The notes under the pieces: model-generated
What the model saw: the letters and a program-made list of their open reading frames with translations, nothing else
What the model was told of the DNA's origin: nothing
Database searches by the model: none
Source: Clostridiales bacterium oral taxon 876 str. F0540
GTDB taxonomy: Bacteria > Bacillota > Clostridia > Clostridiales > Clostridiaceae
DNA: 46,851 nt
Assembly (NCBI GenBank): GCA_000466585.1
Contig: KE993461.1
Coordinates: 1-46,851, forward strand
Direction of reading: 5' to 3'
Translations under genes and position numbers: made by a program
Shown here: positions 19,126 to 29,176 of the stretch, in pieces
Layout of the letters: each line of letters opens with the position of its first letter
How positions within the stretch are numbered: position 1 is the stretch's first letter

Positions 19126-20136
19126 ATGAATTCTCTTCAAATTAAAGAGAAGCTTAATTCAAAAGATTATGATTTTATAAGGCTCAACAAAAGCCTCGGG
19201 AAGAATATAATTCTTTTAACTACAGGCGGTTCACATGCTTATGGTACTAATACAGCTAACAGCGATTTAGACATTAGAGGTATAACTCTAAACTCTGCTA
19301 AAGAAATACTTACCATGAATTATAATGATAAACCTATAGAAGACCGCCCTACCGATACAGTTATATACTTTTTAAAGCAAATAATTTCTCTTCTTCTAAA
19401 TTGTAATCCAAATACTATAGAAATACTTGGTATAAAAGAGGAACATCTTTTTGTTTGCACTGAAGAAGGAAGGCTTTTAAGAGACAATGCTGATTTATTC
19501 CTTTCAAAAAAAGCTGCTGCAAGCTTTGGTGGTTATGCTATAGCTCAGCTTAGAAGACTTCAAAACGCTCTTGCCAGAGACAGCTATCCGCAGAAAGAAA
19601 AAGAAAAGCATATATTAAGCAGTATCCAAAAACAGCTTCTTACCCTGCCAGAAAGATATAAAGATATTACAAGCGGGTCGCTTAATTTATATTTAGATTT
19701 ATCTATGAAGGAGGGCTTTGACGAAGAAATATTTATGGATATAACCTTAAAGCACTATCCCCTTAGAGATTTCAAAAATATATACTCTGATATGAATAAT
19801 GTTCTAAAGGATTATGATAAGCTTAATCATAGGAACAGCAAAAAGGATGAACTTCATCTTAATAAACACGCCATGCATCTTATACGCCTCTTAATTATGG
19901 GTAAAGAAATACTTGAAGGTAAAGGAATTCATACTTACAGAGAAAAAGAAATAGCTCTTTTAATGGATATAAGAAATGGCAATTTTAATTACAATGATAT
20001 ATTTGAAATGGTTGATAAATTTGATAAAGAATTTAAATATGCTGCTGAAAATACCATTTTACCTGATGAACCTGACTATGACGGGGTTCAGGAATTACTA
20101 ATTCAAATTAATAAGAAAGTAATTAAAAATATTTAA
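19126..20136 (+). CDS. Predicted nucleotidyltransferase of the Pol-beta superfamily (RlaP/YcgL-like).
   Basis: The motif GGSHAYGTNTANSDLDIRG matches the GS...DxD nucleotidyltransferase signature. The start is placed at MNSLQ, after a GAAGGTGA RBS. Confidence 0.6.
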   Translation: MNSLQIKEKLNSKDYDFIRLNKSLGKNIILLTTGGSHAYGTNTANSDLDIRGITLNSAKEILTMNYNDKPIEDRPTDTVIYFLKQIISLLLNCNPNTIEILGIKEEHLFVCTEEGRLLRDNADLFLSKKAAASFGGYAIAQLRRLQNALARDSYPQKEKEKHILSSIQKQLLTLPERYKDITSGSLNLYLDLSMKEGFDEEIFMDITLKHYPLRDFKNIYSDMNNVLKDYDKLNHRNSKKDELHLNKHAMHLIRLLIMGKEILEGKGIHTYREKEIALLMDIRNGNFNYNDIFEMVDKFDKEFKYAAENTILPDEPDYDGVQELLIQINKKVIKNI

Positions 20137-20340
20137 GGAGGTAAAAGTCCTAAATGGACTTTTACGGGCAGACTAGCGAGTGATAACGAGCGAGTTCAGG
20201 CTGCCCCGTGGAGTCCTAAATGGACTTTTACGGGCAATTAGCGAGCGGGAGCGAGGTTAATGTCCTAAATGGGCTTCGACGGGTACTCTGCGAATGAAAA
20301 TGAGTGCTCTAGAGTACCCAGTGTTTCGAGTTAAAGGAGG
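20137..20340 (+). repeat. Three tandem units (about 70-80 nt each) of the dispersed 5'-leader repeat. They end CAGTGTTTCGAGTTAAAGGAGG, 6 nt before the MazG-like start codon.
   Basis: The hairpin GTAAAAGTCCTAAATGGACTTTTAC occurs twice, with AGCGAG motifs. The region is homologous to 1121-1296 (opposite orientation) and 42536-42617. Confidence 0.6.
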
Positions 20341-20346
20341 AAACTT

Positions 20347-20673
20347 ATGAATTTTAAAGAATACACAGAAAACATGAAAAGAACTGCAGGCAACCTTGAG
20401 CTTACAAATGAGAACTTATGCTGGAGTGCCATGGGCATTTCCGGGGAGGCTGGAGAAGTAACAGATTACCTTAAAAAGGTAGTTTTTCATTGTCATGAAT
20501 TAAATAAAGAAAAACTTGCAGAGGAACTCGGTGATGTACTTTGGTATCTAGCTTCTACTGCTGAAATAATCGGCTACAGCCTTGAGGAAATTGCTGAAAT
20601 GAATATAGAAAAATTAAAGAAAAGATATCCTGAAGGCTGGGATGTAGAAAGAAGTATAAATAGAGACAGATAA
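20347..20673 (+). CDS. Small MazG-like nucleoside-triphosphate pyrophosphohydrolase (all-alpha NTP-PPase).
   Basis: The protein is 108 aa and carries the motifs EAGEVTDYLKK and EELGDVLWYLA, which are typical of the MazG / dimeric dUTPase-like fold. Confidence 0.65.
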   Translation: MNFKEYTENMKRTAGNLELTNENLCWSAMGISGEAGEVTDYLKKVVFHCHELNKEKLAEELGDVLWYLASTAEIIGYSLEEIAEMNIEKLKKRYPEGWDVERSINRDR

Positions 20674-20679
20674 AAAATT

Positions 20680-20740
20680 TAATGCCGTCTCAAAATAGCC
20701 TGAATCTATGCCGTACTATTTTGAGGCGGCCATATTTTAA
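20680..20740. terminator. Bidirectional terminator with a 14-bp stem (GCCGTCTCAAAATA/TATTTTGAGGCGGC).
   Basis: The inverted repeat lies between convergent genes. Confidence 0.65.
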
Positions 20741-22683
20741 CCTAATGCATTTCTCATTGCAAGTATAAATTTGGCTCTGTCTAATGGGTTTACTCCTTGG
20801 CGTTCTCTAACTTCACCTAATTCTAAGGCAATTGGTTTATAGACTGAAAGCTTTGAACTGATTATGCCTTTTCCACCTGAAATTATGCCTAGTCTAACCG
20901 GGTAATCAAGGGATGTCGCAGCGGGCATTTCTCCCTCTACTGTAAAATTGCCATTTGTTATTACAGGGCTGTCGAAGCTTCCTCTCATATTTATAATATC
21001 TCCTAATACTTTTCCTCCTGCTTCTTCAGGCACCGTTATCCTAAACTTTAATATTGGTTCCAATAGTGTTGTACCAATACTTTGTAATCCATCCATTATT
21101 CCCATAGCTGTTGCTATTAAAAAATCTCCTGGATTACTGTGCATCACATGATCTTCCCCTTCTATCAATGTTATCTTAAGATCAACTACATTCCAACCGT
21201 ACAATCCCTGCTGTAAAGTTATAGGCAGCTGTCTTTCAACTTCATTCTGATATCTAAGCTTAATGTCCTCTGCTCTTACCTGAGATTCATATACAATTCC
21301 TGAGCCAGGTTTAAGAGGTTCTATATAAAATCTCACAATTGCCCAACAAGGTTTAGGCATCGTATATGCTGCGAAGCCATAACCTGCTTTGCTTGGAGTT
21401 TCCTTATAGATGACAGAAGGCTTCCCAAAAGATACCTCTAAATTAAATCTGCTTTTTAATATGCTCTGAAGTATTTCAAGCTGTACCATACCCATTATTT
21501 GAATATGCAATTCTTCCTTTTCTCTTATCCTTTGAACGTAAAGAAGGGGGTCTTCCTCCTGCAGTTCTTCTAATGCTTCCAGAAGCTTTGTATACTCGTT
21601 TTTAATTTTAGGAAGCACCTGAATTGTCAGAAGCGGTGTTGCAATGCTTGGAACCTTTGGCACATTATCACTTCTTCCTAGAATATCTCCAATACTGCAG
21701 CTTGAAAGACCTGAGACTAACGCAATTTCTCCTGCCTTTACTTCACCTGCTTCTATTTCTTTCAGTCCTTTAAGCTTCTTTATCTGAGTAATTTTCTCCT
21801 CAACGTTCTTTGCTGAATTATAAACTGAATCCCTACTTTTTATTTCACCACTATACAATCTTATATAAGCTGCTTTTCCTAAATTTTTAATATGCTCTAT
21901 TTTAAAAACCAAAGCAGATAAATCCTCAATTTCATTACTAGATGGTACAGGCAGCAAATCAGTCAAAGTGTTGAGAAGTTCCTCTATTCCAACTGCTTTA
22001 ATAGCAGAGCCATATAAAACAGGATATATTCTGCATTTTTTGATAAATTCTATAAGTTTTCCCCTAAGACAGCTTTCAGTAACCTCTTCTTCATTAATAT
22101 ACTTATCAAGAAGGTCCTCATCCTTATCAGCAATTTGCTCAAGCACACTTCTATCAATTATGTATTCAACCTCCGGACTGCTGCTTTTCTCACCTATTAT
22201 ATTTTCCAGAACAACTGTATCTTTAGTAAGGCTTTTATTTATATCCTTAATAACCCTATTAGTGTCAGCCCCTGTTCTATCAATCTTATTAATAAATATA
22301 ACTGTAGGCACTCGCATTGCCTGCAAAGCTTTAAAATAAACTTCAGTTTGAGGTTGTACACCTTCAACAGCTGAAATTACAAGCACAGCCCCGTCTAATA
22401 CACTAAGTGAACGTTCTACCTCAGCTGAGAAATCTATATGCCCGGGAGTATCAATTATATTTATGTTAATATTCTTCCATAATAAATTAGCATAAGCAGA
22501 CTTCACAGAGATACCTCTCTGCCTCTCTATTTCCATACTATCTGTATGTGCCGTGCCTTTGTCCACACTGCCTAGGGAACGTATTGTACCGCTTTTATAT
22601 AGCATTTGTTCAGTAACTGTTGTTTTTCCTGCATCTACATGTGCTAGAATGCCAATATTTTTTACATTTAAGCCTTCACCCAT
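20737..22683 (-). CDS. Ribosomal-protection-type GTPase of the TetM/TetO family (tetracycline-resistance-protein homologue, EF-G-like).
   Basis: The N-terminal G domain (GILAHVDAGKTTVTEQMLYKSGTIRSLGSVDKGTAHTDSMEIERQRGISV...IIDTPGHIDF) is about 50% identical to Tet(M). The length (648 aa) also fits. Confidence 0.7.
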   Translation of the reverse strand: MGEGLNVKNIGILAHVDAGKTTVTEQMLYKSGTIRSLGSVDKGTAHTDSMEIERQRGISVKSAYANLLWKNININIIDTPGHIDFSAEVERSLSVLDGAVLVISAVEGVQPQTEVYFKALQAMRVPTVIFINKIDRTGADTNRVIKDINKSLTKDTVVLENIIGEKSSSPEVEYIIDRSVLEQIADKDEDLLDKYINEEEVTESCLRGKLIEFIKKCRIYPVLYGSAIKAVGIEELLNTLTDLLPVPSSNEIEDLSALVFKIEHIKNLGKAAYIRLYSGEIKSRDSVYNSAKNVEEKITQIKKLKGLKEIEAGEVKAGEIALVSGLSSCSIGDILGRSDNVPKVPSIATPLLTIQVLPKIKNEYTKLLEALEELQEEDPLLYVQRIREKEELHIQIMGMVQLEILQSILKSRFNLEVSFGKPSVIYKETPSKAGYGFAAYTMPKPCWAIVRFYIEPLKPGSGIVYESQVRAEDIKLRYQNEVERQLPITLQQGLYGWNVVDLKITLIEGEDHVMHSNPGDFLIATAMGIMDGLQSIGTTLLEPILKFRITVPEEAGGKVLGDIINMRGSFDSPVITNGNFTVEGEMPAATSLDYPVRLGIISGGKGIISSKLSVYKPIALELGEVRERQGVNPLDRAKFILAMRNALG

Positions 22684-22703
22684 GGCAATCTTCCTTTCGG
22701 TTA

Positions 22704-22742
22704 TATAAATACTAAAAGCCCACCTGTTTCCAGATGGGCTCT
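22704..22742 (-). promoter_or_regulatory. Leader hairpin in the 5' UTR of the TetM-like gene, in the style of an intrinsic terminator or attenuator.
   Basis: The minus strand reads AGCCCATCTGGAAACAGGTGGGCU followed by UUUAGUAUUU, about 35 nt upstream of the RBS. Confidence 0.35.
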
Positions 22743-23049
22743 TGGTTTAGCGCATTCACATTCAAATTCAATTTCTTAAATACAACACCGGTATCTTTAG
22801 CCTTAATATACCTTACATAAATATCTTATAACAAAAGCCTAAAAGTGTCAAGAAATATTTTATAAAATTGTGAAAAATAAATTTTACATAGATTTGTCTG
22901 TCTTTACAGCTATTGATAATAAAATATGCCTAATTATCAAACTTCACTTTTCTCTCTTGATTTATTAAAATTAAGAAGCAGTAAAAAATTATATAGATGT
23001 GTATAGCGGCTGGTACATGTCCTTCATTAAAGAATGTGAGGTGTAAACT

Positions 23050-25321
23050 TATGTCTGCGTTAAACCATCCTGATTATGAAAACGAACAAGAATATCTTAA
23101 CTACACTCTCCAGTATGCAAGAAACTACAATAATCGCATTCTTTCTGAGAAAGAAAGAATTGCAAAAGATGTAGATTACGGAGTAAAGCATTATAACTCT
23201 GATAATGCTGAACAATTCAATGATCTCATTATTAATAGTACTCTTTTAGAAAACATGAAGCAAAAGCTTAACAATTTAAAAAGAGCCTGCTCAAAACCCT
23301 ACTTCGCACGTGTTGATTTTATTGAAGACAACTCGAGACTTCAAAAGCTTTATATTGGGAAAATGGCACTTTTAAGAGATGAGGATAACGAACCGATTGT
23401 ACTTGATTGGCGCTCCCCTGCTGCAAACCTTTATTATGAGGGAAGAATTGGAGATGCCTATTATAACTGCCCAGAAGGCAAAATAAATGGGGAACTTCGC
23501 TTGAAAAGACAATACTCAATAGAGGATTCCTGTCTGCAGGAAATATATGATATAGATATAACAACAAACGATGACTTTCTTCAAGCCTGCCTTAATTCCA
23601 GTAAGGATAACAGGTTAAAGGATATTGTCTCAACCATTCAGTCGGAGCAGAACAAAGTCATAAGGGCTGATATGTGGAAGCCTCTGATAGTACAGGGTGC
23701 TGCCGGAGGGGGAAAGACCACAATAGCTCTTCATAGAATTGCCTATCTTCTTTATAATTATGAAAAATCTTTCAGCCCCCAAAACTTTATGATTATAGCA
23801 CCAAACAAATTTTTTCTAAGCTATATTTCGGAGGTACTTCCTGAGCTTGGAGTAGAAAATGTAAAACAAACTACCTTTGAAGATTTTGCTATTGATACTA
23901 TAGGTCAAAAATTTAAAATAATAGATCCTCATGAAAAGCTGTCAAAGCTCATATGCCTCTCAAAAGACAGCAATTTGATTAAAGAGTCTTCAAGCTTTAA
24001 ATCTTCAATAAAGTTTAAAGATTTAGTTGAAAAGTATATGAGAAAAATTGAAGAAAGTTTTATTCCTGAGGGTGATTTTAAAGTATCCAGTTTCACAATA
24101 ATAAGTTCTTCAGAACTGAAAAGATTATTTCTTGAAGAATATTCATATCTTCCTTTGATAAAGAGGCTAGATGAAATCAAAAAAAATCTTATCAATACTC
24201 TAAAACGAAAAAAACCAGAAATAATAGAAAACATAATCTTTGAATACGAAAGTCAGCTTGAAGATATCCGATATGAAATGAAAGACTGTGAAGAAAGACG
24301 CCGGCTTATAATAGATATTACTAATAAGAGAGAAGCCTTAATTGAAAAGGTAAAGAAACATTCAAAAACCGTTGTAAGAGAATACTTATCTAAATTTTCC
24401 CCACTAAATACTATAGAATATTATAAAAACTTTCTACGAGATAAAGAGTTCAGTGATAGTCAAATCAAAAATTATATTGATGAACAATCCTGGAACTACC
24501 TGTCACAATCTACTGTATCAAATCTTCAGTCCGGATATGCAGAGCTTGAGGATCTTGCTCCATTAATGCTTATAAAGACTTTTGTTTACGGACTTGAGGA
24601 TAAATTAAAGGTAAGACATATAATAATCGATGAAGCTCAGGATTTTAGTTTATTTCAGCTACATGTGCTTAAAAGGATACTAAACAGTTCTTCTTTTACA
24701 ATACTTGGGGATCTTTGCCAAGGAATTCATTCTTATAGAGGTATAAGCAACTGGGATAATGTATTAGACACTATTTTTAAGGAAGATTCACCCAATTTTT
24801 TATGTCTTGAACAAAGCTATAGAACTACTATAGAAATAATGGAAGCTGCATCTACTGTAATAGAAAGTCTTAAAGATTCAAATCTGCCCTCAGCTAAGCC
24901 TGTAATTAGACATGGTGATAAAGTTGAGCTTATTGTCAAAAGTTCTCTTGATGATATATGTATATCTATAAAAGAAAACTTACAAATTATGAACAGCAAA
25001 AGCTATAAATCAGCCGCAATAATTTGCAAAAGCATGGATGAATGTATAAGAATGAAAGGCTTATTAAAAGGTCTTAAAATATCTGCTAAAGTAATTAACG
25101 GAAATGAAAAGGAGTACAGCGGAGGTATTGTTATTGTTCCTACTTACCTAGTTAAAGGACTTGAATTTGATATGGTTATAATAGCCAATGCCTCTAAAAC
25201 GCAATTTACATTTAATGAACTTGATGCAAAGCTTCTATATGTAGCTATGACAAGACCACTTCACAAGCTTTACATTTATTCCTGCGGTGAACAGTCTGAA
25301 ATGCTCAAATTCCTGCTATAG
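23050..25321 (+). CDS. helD: HelD / helicase IV-like superfamily-1 (UvrD-type) helicase.
   Basis: Walker A (QGAAGGGKTTIALHRIAYL), UvrD-like C-terminal motifs (VIIDEAQDFS, ...YVAMTRPLHKLYIY) and an N-terminal HelD-like domain are present. Confidence 0.75.
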
Positions 25322-25438
25322 TAAAAGGATTTGCCTCAAAACTACTAAGGCTAACTGTAAAAACTAAATTTTTATAAAATTAAAACATCACAAATTATGC
25401 TTAAGCTGTTTTGAGGCTTACCCATTATTTTTGTTTCA

Positions 25439-26302
25439 TCAGCTTCCGGTTATTGTTCCTCCATTTACATGAATAACCTGTCCTGTCACATAGGATGAAT
25501 CCTCCGAAGCTAAATAAACATATGCAGGTGCCAACTCATAAGGCTGCCCTGCTCGTTTCATAGGTGTATCTGACCCAAAAGAAACAACCTTATCTGAACT
25601 ATAACTTGATACTATGAGTGGAGTCCAAATTGGTCCAGGTGCAACTGCATTTACGCGAATTCCTTTGTCTACAACTGACAAAGATAGTGATCGAGTAAAA
25701 GTAACAATTGCACCCTTTGTTGATGAATAGTCTATAAGCTCCTTATTGCCTTCATAGGCAGTAACAGATGCTGTATTTATTATAGAACTTCCCCTCTTCA
25801 GATAAGGCATAACAAATCTAACCAAATAAAACATAGGGAAAATATTTATTTTAAATGTCAGCTCTAGTTGCTCTGCAGTTATGCACTCTATGCTTGGCTG
25901 CGGAAACTGAACCCCTGCATTATTAACCAGTATATCAATCTTTCCTAATTCCTCTATAGTAGTTTTGATTATTTTTTTACAATTATCTTCTTTTGAAATA
26001 TCGCCTTTTATCAAAATACATTTAGCACCCTGTCTTTCAACATATTGCTTTGTTTCTTCAGCATCTACATCCTCATATAAATAAGAAATGACTATATCAG
26101 CACCTTCTTTAGCAAAGGCAACTGCAACCGCTCTTCCAATACCGCTGTCGCCTCCTGTTATTACAGCAACTTTGTTTTTTAGCTTTCCGCTTCCTTTGTA
26201 CTCAGGATTATCAAAAATCGGTCTGGGTTTCATAATAGCTTCTATACCCGGCTGGATCTCCTGGTGCTGTGGTGGAAAAGGCGGTCCTAAGTACTTTTTC
26301 AT
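25439..26302 (-). CDS. SDR-family oxidoreductase (YhdF/YdaD general-stress-type short-chain dehydrogenase).
   Basis: The Rossmann motif AVITGGDSGIGRAVA and the NNAG and YxxxK motifs are present. The start is placed at MKKYLGPP, after a GGAGGA RBS. Confidence 0.8.
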   Translation of the reverse strand: MKKYLGPPFPPQHQEIQPGIEAIMKPRPIFDNPEYKGSGKLKNKVAVITGGDSGIGRAVAVAFAKEGADIVISYLYEDVDAEETKQYVERQGAKCILIKGDISKEDNCKKIIKTTIEELGKIDILVNNAGVQFPQPSIECITAEQLELTFKINIFPMFYLVRFVMPYLKRGSSIINTASVTAYEGNKELIDYSSTKGAIVTFTRSLSLSVVDKGIRVNAVAPGPIWTPLIVSSYSSDKVVSFGSDTPMKRAGQPYELAPAYVYLASEDSSYVTGQVIHVNGGTITGS

Positions 26303-26364
26303 AAAGTCCTCCATTTAAATTAGTTCTATTAACCATATTATGAATAAGTAATATTTAAGTTACA

Positions 26365-26400
26365 TAAAAATAATCCGTCATTTTCATGACGGATTTATAA
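26365..26400 (-). terminator. Terminator of the 26409-27377 gene (ATCCGTCAT/ATGACGGAT plus a T-run).
   Basis: The inverted repeat is seen directly. Confidence 0.6.
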
Positions 26401-26408
26401 AATAAATA

Positions 26409-27377
26409 CTATTTATTTTTTCCTTTTGCTTCATTTGATTTCCCATGTTCTTTATCGCTCTTTTCCTTATCTTTCTTATCTTGTTTTTCTATATTTTTAC
26501 CGTTTCCATTACCATTATTGGTTTTGATTTGTTCTGCTGTATTAACTATATCCTTAGAATCAGACTTAACTTGATTTATTGGCTGCACTGTTTGAATATC
26601 AGCTTTTGCTGTGTCATCTTTTTTATTTTCATCTTCCTTATCAGCTTTTTTCACTGTCTGCTGCTTCTTCTGGAAAGCGTCCTGAAGTTCTGCCTTTTCT
26701 TTATTAAAGGCTTCTTGATACTGAGCAAGTGTTTCTTCGGCTTTTTTAACAGCTTCTGCATCTCCGCTCTTTTCAACCTTTTTAAGGTCTGCCTTAGCCA
26801 TATTCAAGTCCTTTTTAGCCGCATTAAATTGATGTCTTTCTTTTACAAAATTAGCTACTGCTTCTTTCTTAGCAGCTTGATCTTCAATTACCTTATCTAC
26901 AACCTCACTGGCCTTTTCCCCTACTTTATCCTTAATCTCACTTAAAATTTTAAGAGATTTTTCTTGGGTTTCTTGAATATTCTTTTCCAGTTCTTCTACT
27001 TTTTGATCAAGCTTATCATCTGAACTGTCTGTAATCTTATCTAATGATGTTTGAAGTTTATCAACAGCCTTAATCATTGTATTGTTATATTCCTCTAAGG
27101 CCTTGTTTGCTAAATCTACTTTCTTCTCTTCGGTCATAACCTCGCTTTCTCCAAGCCTTTCCTGAGCTATCTCTTCCATAGCCTCTGCTTTCTTCTCATC
27201 TGTGGAAGCTAAAGTTATCTTGAGATTATCAAGAGCTAAATCTATAGGATATAATATACTGTCAGGCGTAATACCTGCCTCTGCCTTAAATGATTCTGAT
27301 GTTTCATCAGCAAAAGCTCTGACACTAAAACCTGTTGCTATTACTACTGATGCTATAAGTACAGCTATTTTCTTCAT
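26409..27377 (-). CDS. Secreted coiled-coil, Lys/Glu-rich protein with a signal peptide and a C-terminal NGNGNGK / KDKEK low-complexity tail.
   Basis: A signal peptide (MKKIAVLIASVVIATGFSVRAFA) and long charged helices are present. The gene is divergent from the sigI-rsgI operon. Confidence 0.5.
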   Translation of the reverse strand: MKKIAVLIASVVIATGFSVRAFADETSESFKAEAGITPDSILYPIDLALDNLKITLASTDEKKAEAMEEIAQERLGESEVMTEEKKVDLANKALEEYNNTMIKAVDKLQTSLDKITDSSDDKLDQKVEELEKNIQETQEKSLKILSEIKDKVGEKASEVVDKVIEDQAAKKEAVANFVKERHQFNAAKKDLNMAKADLKKVEKSGDAEAVKKAEETLAQYQEAFNKEKAELQDAFQKKQQTVKKADKEDENKKDDTAKADIQTVQPINQVKSDSKDIVNTAEQIKTNNGNGNGKNIEKQDKKDKEKSDKEHGKSNEAKGKNK

Positions 27378-27612
27378 TTTACCTCTCTCCTTTATTTATA
27401 AACTTTAAGTGTGCTTTGTGTATTTTTGTGTTTTCGCATATATGTACGCAGCTAATTGTATATTTTAAGGGGGTGGTCTTTTATTGGTTTAAATTCTATA
27501 ATTTTGTTAAAGACCTACACCTTAAAATATCTTATAATATACGTAAATATATTTGAGAGGGATAAACTTAGATTTGTTTTATATTTTGTTTCACTCAATA
27601 GGAGGATTTATG

Positions 27613-28296
27613 GATACTAAAATGTTGTCTCTAGAAAATAGAGATAAATTTATAGAAGAAAATAAATCTTTTATATACAATGTTACCTATAAAGTATGTA
27701 AAAGAAACCTTTCCTTAGAAAATGATGATGAACTTTCAATCTCTCTCATCGCCTTTAATAATGCCTGTAATACTTATGAAAGTGATAAAGGAAACTTTTA
27801 CAGTTATGCTAAAGTGATAATAAAAAACGCTTTAATAGATTATTTCAGAAAAATGAGCAAGACACCTTATGTGGTATTTAATAATGAAGATGAAACTTTA
27901 GAGTATATAGATTACAAAAATTCTATAGATAATTACGAAATTGAAAACGAAAATAAAAGACGTGCAGAGGAGATAGCATTGTTTTCTAAGGAACTTATAG
28001 ATTATAAACTTGATTTTAATATTTTGGTTAAATCTTCACCCTCTCATAAGGATACGAGGGATACCCTGCTTAATATAGCCTTCGTGTGTTCTAAGGAAGA
28101 AGGAATTGTTAGCTACATTAAGCAAAAAAAGCTTTTGCCTATTAAAGAAATAATGCTTTTAACTTCAAGCAGCAGAAAGCTTCTTGAAAAATGGAGAAGA
28201 TATATTTTAATTCTCATATTGATTCTATCAAACGATGAATATCCTTATTTGAAATCATATTTAAATATAAAGGTAGGTGATGATAATGAAAAGTAA
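27613..28296 (+). CDS. sigI: RNA polymerase sigma factor of the SigI family.
   Basis: Region 2 (ISLIAFNNACNTYESDKGNFYSYAKVIIKNALIDYFRK) and the C-terminal LPIKEI...YPYLKSYL align with B. subtilis SigI. An AGGAGG RBS lies upstream. Confidence 0.75.
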   Translation, partial: DTKMLSLENRDKFIEENKSFIYNVTYKVCKRNLSLENDDELSISLIAFNNACNTYESDKGNFYSYAKVIIKNALIDYFRKMSKTPYVVFNNEDETLEYIDYKNSIDNYEIENENKRRAEEIALFSKELIDYKLDFNILVKSSPSHKDTRDTLLNIAFVCSKEEGIVSYIKQKKLLPIKEIMLLTSSSRKLLEKWRRYILILILILSNDEYPYLKSYLNIKVGDDNEK

Positions 28297-29176
28297 TACA
28301 GGTATAGTAATGCAGCTTGATAAAAAGCATGCATTTATTATGACTGAAACAGGAGAGTTTTTAAAAGTAAAACTTAATAGAAACATTCCTAAAATAGGAG
28401 AAATATTTACTGGCGAAATTTCTTCAAAATACGCATTTTATAAATACGCCGCAGCAGCTGCAAGCCTGATCTTTGTTCTTCTTTCCGGGAGCGGAGCTTA
28501 TGCCTACTATAGTCCCGCAGCTTCAATCTTAGTTAACATAAATCCATCTGTAAAGCTTCAAGTAAACAGATGGGATAGAGTAATAAAATCTATTCCCTTA
28601 AATGAAGACGGAATCATATTATTAAAGGACTTGAATTTGAAGAACAACTCTATAAATTCTGCTTTAGATAAAATTATTGATGAATCTAAAAAAGATAATT
28701 TTATAAATAAGGACTATATTGAGAGCGGAAAAACCATAACTATAGCTGTAGAAGATAATAAATTAAAAAAAGATTTTAATCTATCACAATTTGAAGAGCA
28801 TGCTAAAGAAAATAAGCTGAATATAAAGATAATAAAAGATCCTCAAGTTAAGTCTCAAACAGAAGAAATTAAGAGTACTGAAACAAAAGGTTCTAACTCA
28901 AATACACCTAATAATTCTCAGAACACAAAAAATAGTTCTGATGAGGACAATTCTAAAGGAAATTCTGATAAGAATTCTTCAACTGAATTTCCTAAAAATA
29001 ACAATTCCTCAAAATCAGAAACTGATGTTAATAAAAGCAAAAATAGTTCTGATAAAAACAATCAAAACCTAAAGAAGGACACTAATATTAGTATACCATC
29101 AAAAGATAATAATTCTGATAAACAAAAAGATAAGGAAAAACCTAAAGAAAAGGAAGAGAATAAAAGCAAAAAGTAA
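28286..29176 (+). CDS. rsgI: RsgI-like anti-sigma-I factor (RsgI_N domain, single TM segment, Ser/Asn/Lys-rich extracytoplasmic tail).
   Basis: The N-terminus (GIVMQLDKKHAFIMTETGEFLKVKLNRNIPKIGEIF) matches the RsgI_N domain. The gene overlaps the sigI stop codon. An alternative GTG/ATG start lies 9 nt upstream. Confidence 0.65.
   Translation: MKSNTGIVMQLDKKHAFIMTETGEFLKVKLNRNIPKIGEIFTGEISSKYAFYKYAAAAASLIFVLLSGSGAYAYYSPAASILVNINPSVKLQVNRWDRVIKSIPLNEDGIILLKDLNLKNNSINSALDKIIDESKKDNFINKDYIESGKTITIAVEDNKLKKDFNLSQFEEHAKENKLNIKIIKDPQVKSQTEEIKSTETKGSNSNTPNNSQNTKNSSDEDNSKGNSDKNSSTEFPKNNNSSKSETDVNKSKNSSDKNNQNLKKDTNISIPSKDNNSDKQKDKEKPKEKEENKSKK

Noticed and set aside
20137-20340. The tandem repeats could be a small CRISPR array.
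   Set aside because: The units are about 70-80 nt and mutually divergent. There are no regular 28-37 nt repeat and spacer alternations and no cas genes. Homologous copies occur elsewhere, each next to a start codon.
20737-22683. The TetM-like gene could mark a Tn916-type conjugative transposon.
   Set aside because: No integrase, excisionase, conjugation genes or flanking repeats are present. The neighbours are ordinary chromosomal genes (HelD, MazG-like).
25333-25417. A long-range inverted repeat GCCTCAAAAC...GTTTTGAGGC after helD could be a terminator.
   Set aside because: The loop is about 65 nt, so the hairpin would be weak. It may still assist termination, but it is not a confident intrinsic terminator.
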